A DNA stretch of 64,000 nt from Amphiscolops sp. MND2022. Lineage: Eukaryota. Position 1 is the first letter of the stretch, and every line of letters begins with the position of its first letter. The notes beneath the pieces are model-generated. The model saw only the letters and a program-made list of their open reading frames with translations. It made no database searches and was not told where the DNA came from. Location: NCBI GenBank assembly GCA_964187785.1, contig OZ076413.1:47494001-47558000 (forward strand), in the 5' to 3' direction. Shown one piece after another: positions 60,263 through 64,000 of this stretch. The translations under genes and the position numbers were made by a program.

Positions 60263-63069
60263 CTAATAAATGAAATGACTATTTAAGTGAAACTACAATT
60301 ATTTAAACTTGCGTGAAGTTACAGCATGTTAACCGAAGCGTGTTTTGAATCGAAGTATGATCCGCGATATTTTTTGATCCACAAGTTTTTTGATTGAAAA
60401 GAGTTTCTAAAAGCTTTGTCCGGTCTTTCATACTTTGTTGATTTCAAATAAAGGTCAACTTCGGCGTGAAATCCCAGGAGGCGGTAAAGAAGTGTGAAAC
60501 TTCAATGTCTTGCTTTAGACAAAAATTCTACAGAACTCAAAAATCTCAGGTGTTTTATTTTCAACATTAGCCGATCCTTTTCTTGCAAAATTAAAACAAC
60601 AGTTTGTAAAATTGAAAACAGACTCCCTCGAGTCGGATACAGTATTTTAGTTAGGAAATTGAAATCGTGCAAACTCCTTGGTGACCCCCAAAAAACGCTA
60701 CATGTCGTACTTTTGCACGAATGGTGCGAGCAAATATGAGTGAACAAAACATGAATTCTTTTCTCGAAATGAAGTGTAAGCACGAACTTAACTGTCAATC
60801 AGAAAGTAGGAGATGCATTTTGAAATGTATTTCAGAAATGGCACCTCCGCTCGGAAAGGAAATAGTTATGCTTGGTTCGTGGCCGCCTTGGGTATTCGCA
60901 ATCAACCATTTTAAACCAAGAATTACATCAAATAAGCCACGAAACGAATTGACGAAAGCAACCACATGACGTCATGTTTGGAAGTGTATTAAGAAGCGGT
61001 TGAAGTAAATGTTGGTGGTTGGTGTTCTTACCATTCAGAAGCATTTTGAATGGTGGTATAATATAAGTAGTATCGAACAAGCACGGCAGTCGAGCGAGCC
61101 GTGGCGTGGTGGTTTCTGACTTGAGACAAAAGCAATTCACTCTATCGCCTTGGTACAGAATCAATGCTCTCACGGATCCGTCTGTGGGGGCATCAATCCT
61201 GCGAAGACTACCATGCTAACTCGACACTCGTTCATCTTTTGCATTTTTATCGAATTCAAGGTTTTTTCTTCATCTTTCTGCTGAATTCTAACAGTAGAAA
61301 ATAAAATGTCAAGGTTCGAATCTCGCATTGACCACAGCGTATTAGAATGGATTTGGACTAAGATAGGCGGCAGATTGCAAACATTACACTAAAATTCAGT
61401 TTCGGATTACTTTCAAATTCTTTGAGGTAACTTCGTTCAATAAGTGGTGTAGCTCTTTCTGAACTTCATTTGACTTCCAAATTAATAATAAGACTAAGTA
61501 AAAAAAACTTTCGGAAACAGCACTGGACACTTTTTGAGTCAACATACATAGAAAACATCATTTTTTTCGAATAATTGTTTTGTTATTCAAGTTATTGTTA
61601 TTTCCAAGCGACCAAATTTTTGCTAAAAGATAACTATGCTGAGATGTTTTTAACTGGAGAACATTTTTGCGTTAAACATCTAGTGTCGCGAAATCATGGT
61701 CTAAAAGTGGAAACAAATCCAAAAATGCTACTTTAATTCTTCTTCTTGCATTTTCTATGCATGCTGTCAATTTCTCTGGTACTTGTCTCAAACGGAAAAG
61801 ATTCATCAACTGATTGAAACATTATTTCAGAGTTTTTAATTCCAAGTTACCGTTACCTCTTATTCGTCACAATTAGTCCCACTTTTTCAACTTACACATT
61901 GCTCTTTGGAGAGTCATTGGATACCACGCAGGTAAAGCAGTCCATACGTCATTCCAGGAACTAGAATTTGATTTTAAAAAGCCAAACGTGGCGAATCATT
62001 TAAGCTCATATCTTTGGATTTAACCGTGTTTGACCTTGGTAATTTTCAAGCGACATTTTTGGAGTCTGAATTTGGTAGAAATGGTTGCGTCGTGGAAGAC
62101 ATGGAAAATTCTAAATTGGAACAGTGTCGAAAGAAAATTTTTTGATTGAAACGGTGGAAGAACGGCTCTTCTCATAGGCGTTACCTCGTTTTTTTTACAG
62201 CAGTGTCTACTTTCAACCGAGTTTTTGTACTTTTTTCGGAATCCATTTTGAATAACTGTTGATGATTGTGAGCTTGCCTTCGTTTCCGTGGTCAAAATTG
62301 GCATACTCAATGAGAAATGATCAATAAATTTGTCGTAATTTAAGTGTGTAAAATAACTGACTCTATAATATAAAATTCGAAATCCTAAATATTACAAACA
62401 TCAAACGAGGTGGGCCAACATGAGTAACATTTGGCCGGTCTTTGATCAGCATGCAACCACGGCATGTAACAATGGTAGCTAACCAGTGGTCAAATATTTA
62501 ACAATTACATACAATCCAATATAATTCATCTTTCCCAATTCTTAGCATCGAGTTGATTTTTACATTCAGTAACTTTCTTATCCATCTATGTAAAAGTGTT
62601 AAAAATCACGATGACGACTGTGGTTATTAGTCGTCACTTGTGTTCAAAGCATCGTTTCGTATATTCAGAAGTTATTATTTTTCTTTTGTAAAAGTATGGT
62701 CACCTATACCAAACATTTGTACTGGTATGTAACAGGTGCGAAAGGATATTTACGTGCATATATATGTGATGTTGATTGATGACTACAGCAAGCAGTCGCA
62801 CTTGACACCATTGCGCAATAACTTTGCACCTTGAACAGCGACCAATCACGATGCAGTAACCAGTCACGCGCAATTAGAATTGACTGTTCCAGAAAGTTTC
62901 AAGTGAACATCAGTAAGATTTTTGTTGCCAACACGAACAGGCGGTTGAGTCGTACTATTGTAAACCTCATCTGGAACCGGCATTTCATCTACATGCTCAT
63001 TTCTTGGTTCAAATCTTCCTTCATAATTCAATCCTTAAAACCTAAACAAGTATCTTTATGGTGATCACC

Positions 63070-63380
63070 ATGTCTCAAAGCTCAAGTAATAATCAATCTG
63101 ACCGATTTAAAATGGAAGAAAATAGCTATAACAATAGCAATATTATTCTACTTGAGCTCAATTCGAGAAATCAGAATATTGAAAATAACGGAAAACGTAA
63201 GTTAAATCATGAGAAAGATCATGAAAGAGGTCGAATCGTACAACGCTTCAACGACATTGAGTCGTCAAATTGAAGAACTAACTAGTTTAGTTCGAACACT
63301 CATTGAGACGAATTCATCTTGTAATATAGAAGAGGTTGACAGAAACGCCTAACGCCCTTGGACACCTCTTCATTCTGACG
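63070..63380 (+). pseudogene. possible decayed gag-like N-terminal remnant
   Basis: MSQSSSNNQSDRFKMEEN...DHERGRIVQRFND followed by a frameshifted coiled-coil-like stretch (IEELTSLVRTLIE). Weak support. Confidence 0.3.
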
Positions 63381-64000
63381 GATGTATATTAGTTTATAGG
63401 AGGGAAAACTAGCCAGAATATAGTTTCTACGTAAAAGTGTAGGTCAAGGAACTTTGCGTTTTTTTAGACTCTGAGGATATTTATACACGCACAGACGCAG
63501 AGAGGGCACAAAACTTCCAAATACAAAAAATTGTACTTTACAATTGATACTTTATTCACTTTTAATCTCGTCTCGAAAAAAAGACAAGATAATACTCCTT
63601 TACAAGAGTGACATAAAGACTCTTCGCATTTTTTACTTCTGCTCATACCACAGAAAACATCCAATAACTTTTGAACTAAATGCAGAAATCAGTCGATATG
63701 TGGCAGACACAAAAAAAAGTCAAGTTAGAACGTATTTCAATTATTCTCGGAACGGTAAAAAAATCACAGGTTGTTGCAGAAAATAGACAACATTTTGAAC
63801 AGTAAAAATTGACTGTAGAGGCCATCGTAGAAGTAACTTGAAACTCCAAAACCTACTTTCACTAACTGGAAACATCCATAACCCCATGTTTTGAAGTAAT
63901 CGTTTTCGGGAATATTAATTGAAGAAAACTTATTAGATGGCTTTTCAGGTTCACAAAACGCTCTTTTCAAAAGTGAAATATTTTCGAAAAGAAAATGGCA

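Noticed and set aside
62331..63380. Another solo LTR around the 63070 ORF remnant
   Set aside because: The terminal match is weak (ends GACG, not CA) and there is no TSD.

Overview
This is an AT-rich, repeat-dominated eukaryotic window, probably from an invertebrate metazoan (inferred from the TE content and intron structure). It is not prokaryotic: I found no operons, rRNA or CRISPR. The only host gene I can support is on the minus strand. Two 201-nt phase-0 exons (28099-27899 and 12265-12065), separated by a ~15.6 kb TE-filled intron, encode the N-terminal extracellular domain of a pentameric ligand-gated ion channel whose 'Cys-loop' (GTFHEQMELHDFPFDVQ) lacks its first cysteine (Cys-less / Pro-loop type). 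Its remaining exons were not found and may lie left of base 1. LTR elements: an intact, very young Ty3/Gypsy element (28585-34451; identical 191-bp LTRs, GTTTA TSD, one 1769-aa ORF with a WLDD RT motif) 486 bp upstream of the channel ATG; the 3' end of a related decayed Gypsy (1-1740); two decayed BEL/Pao elements (3433-~10332 minus, 42042-49751 plus); and long solo-LTR-like units that carry coding remnants. DNA elements: a hAT transposase pseudogene with dispersed arm-like copies, Tc1/mariner-like and CACTA-like MITEs, and Helentron/HINE-like repeats. One unexplained ~7.6 kb decayed multi-ORF cassette (~50200-57820) has diverged direct repeats at its ends and an AT-hook ORF. All assignments come from motif reading by eye; no searches were run.
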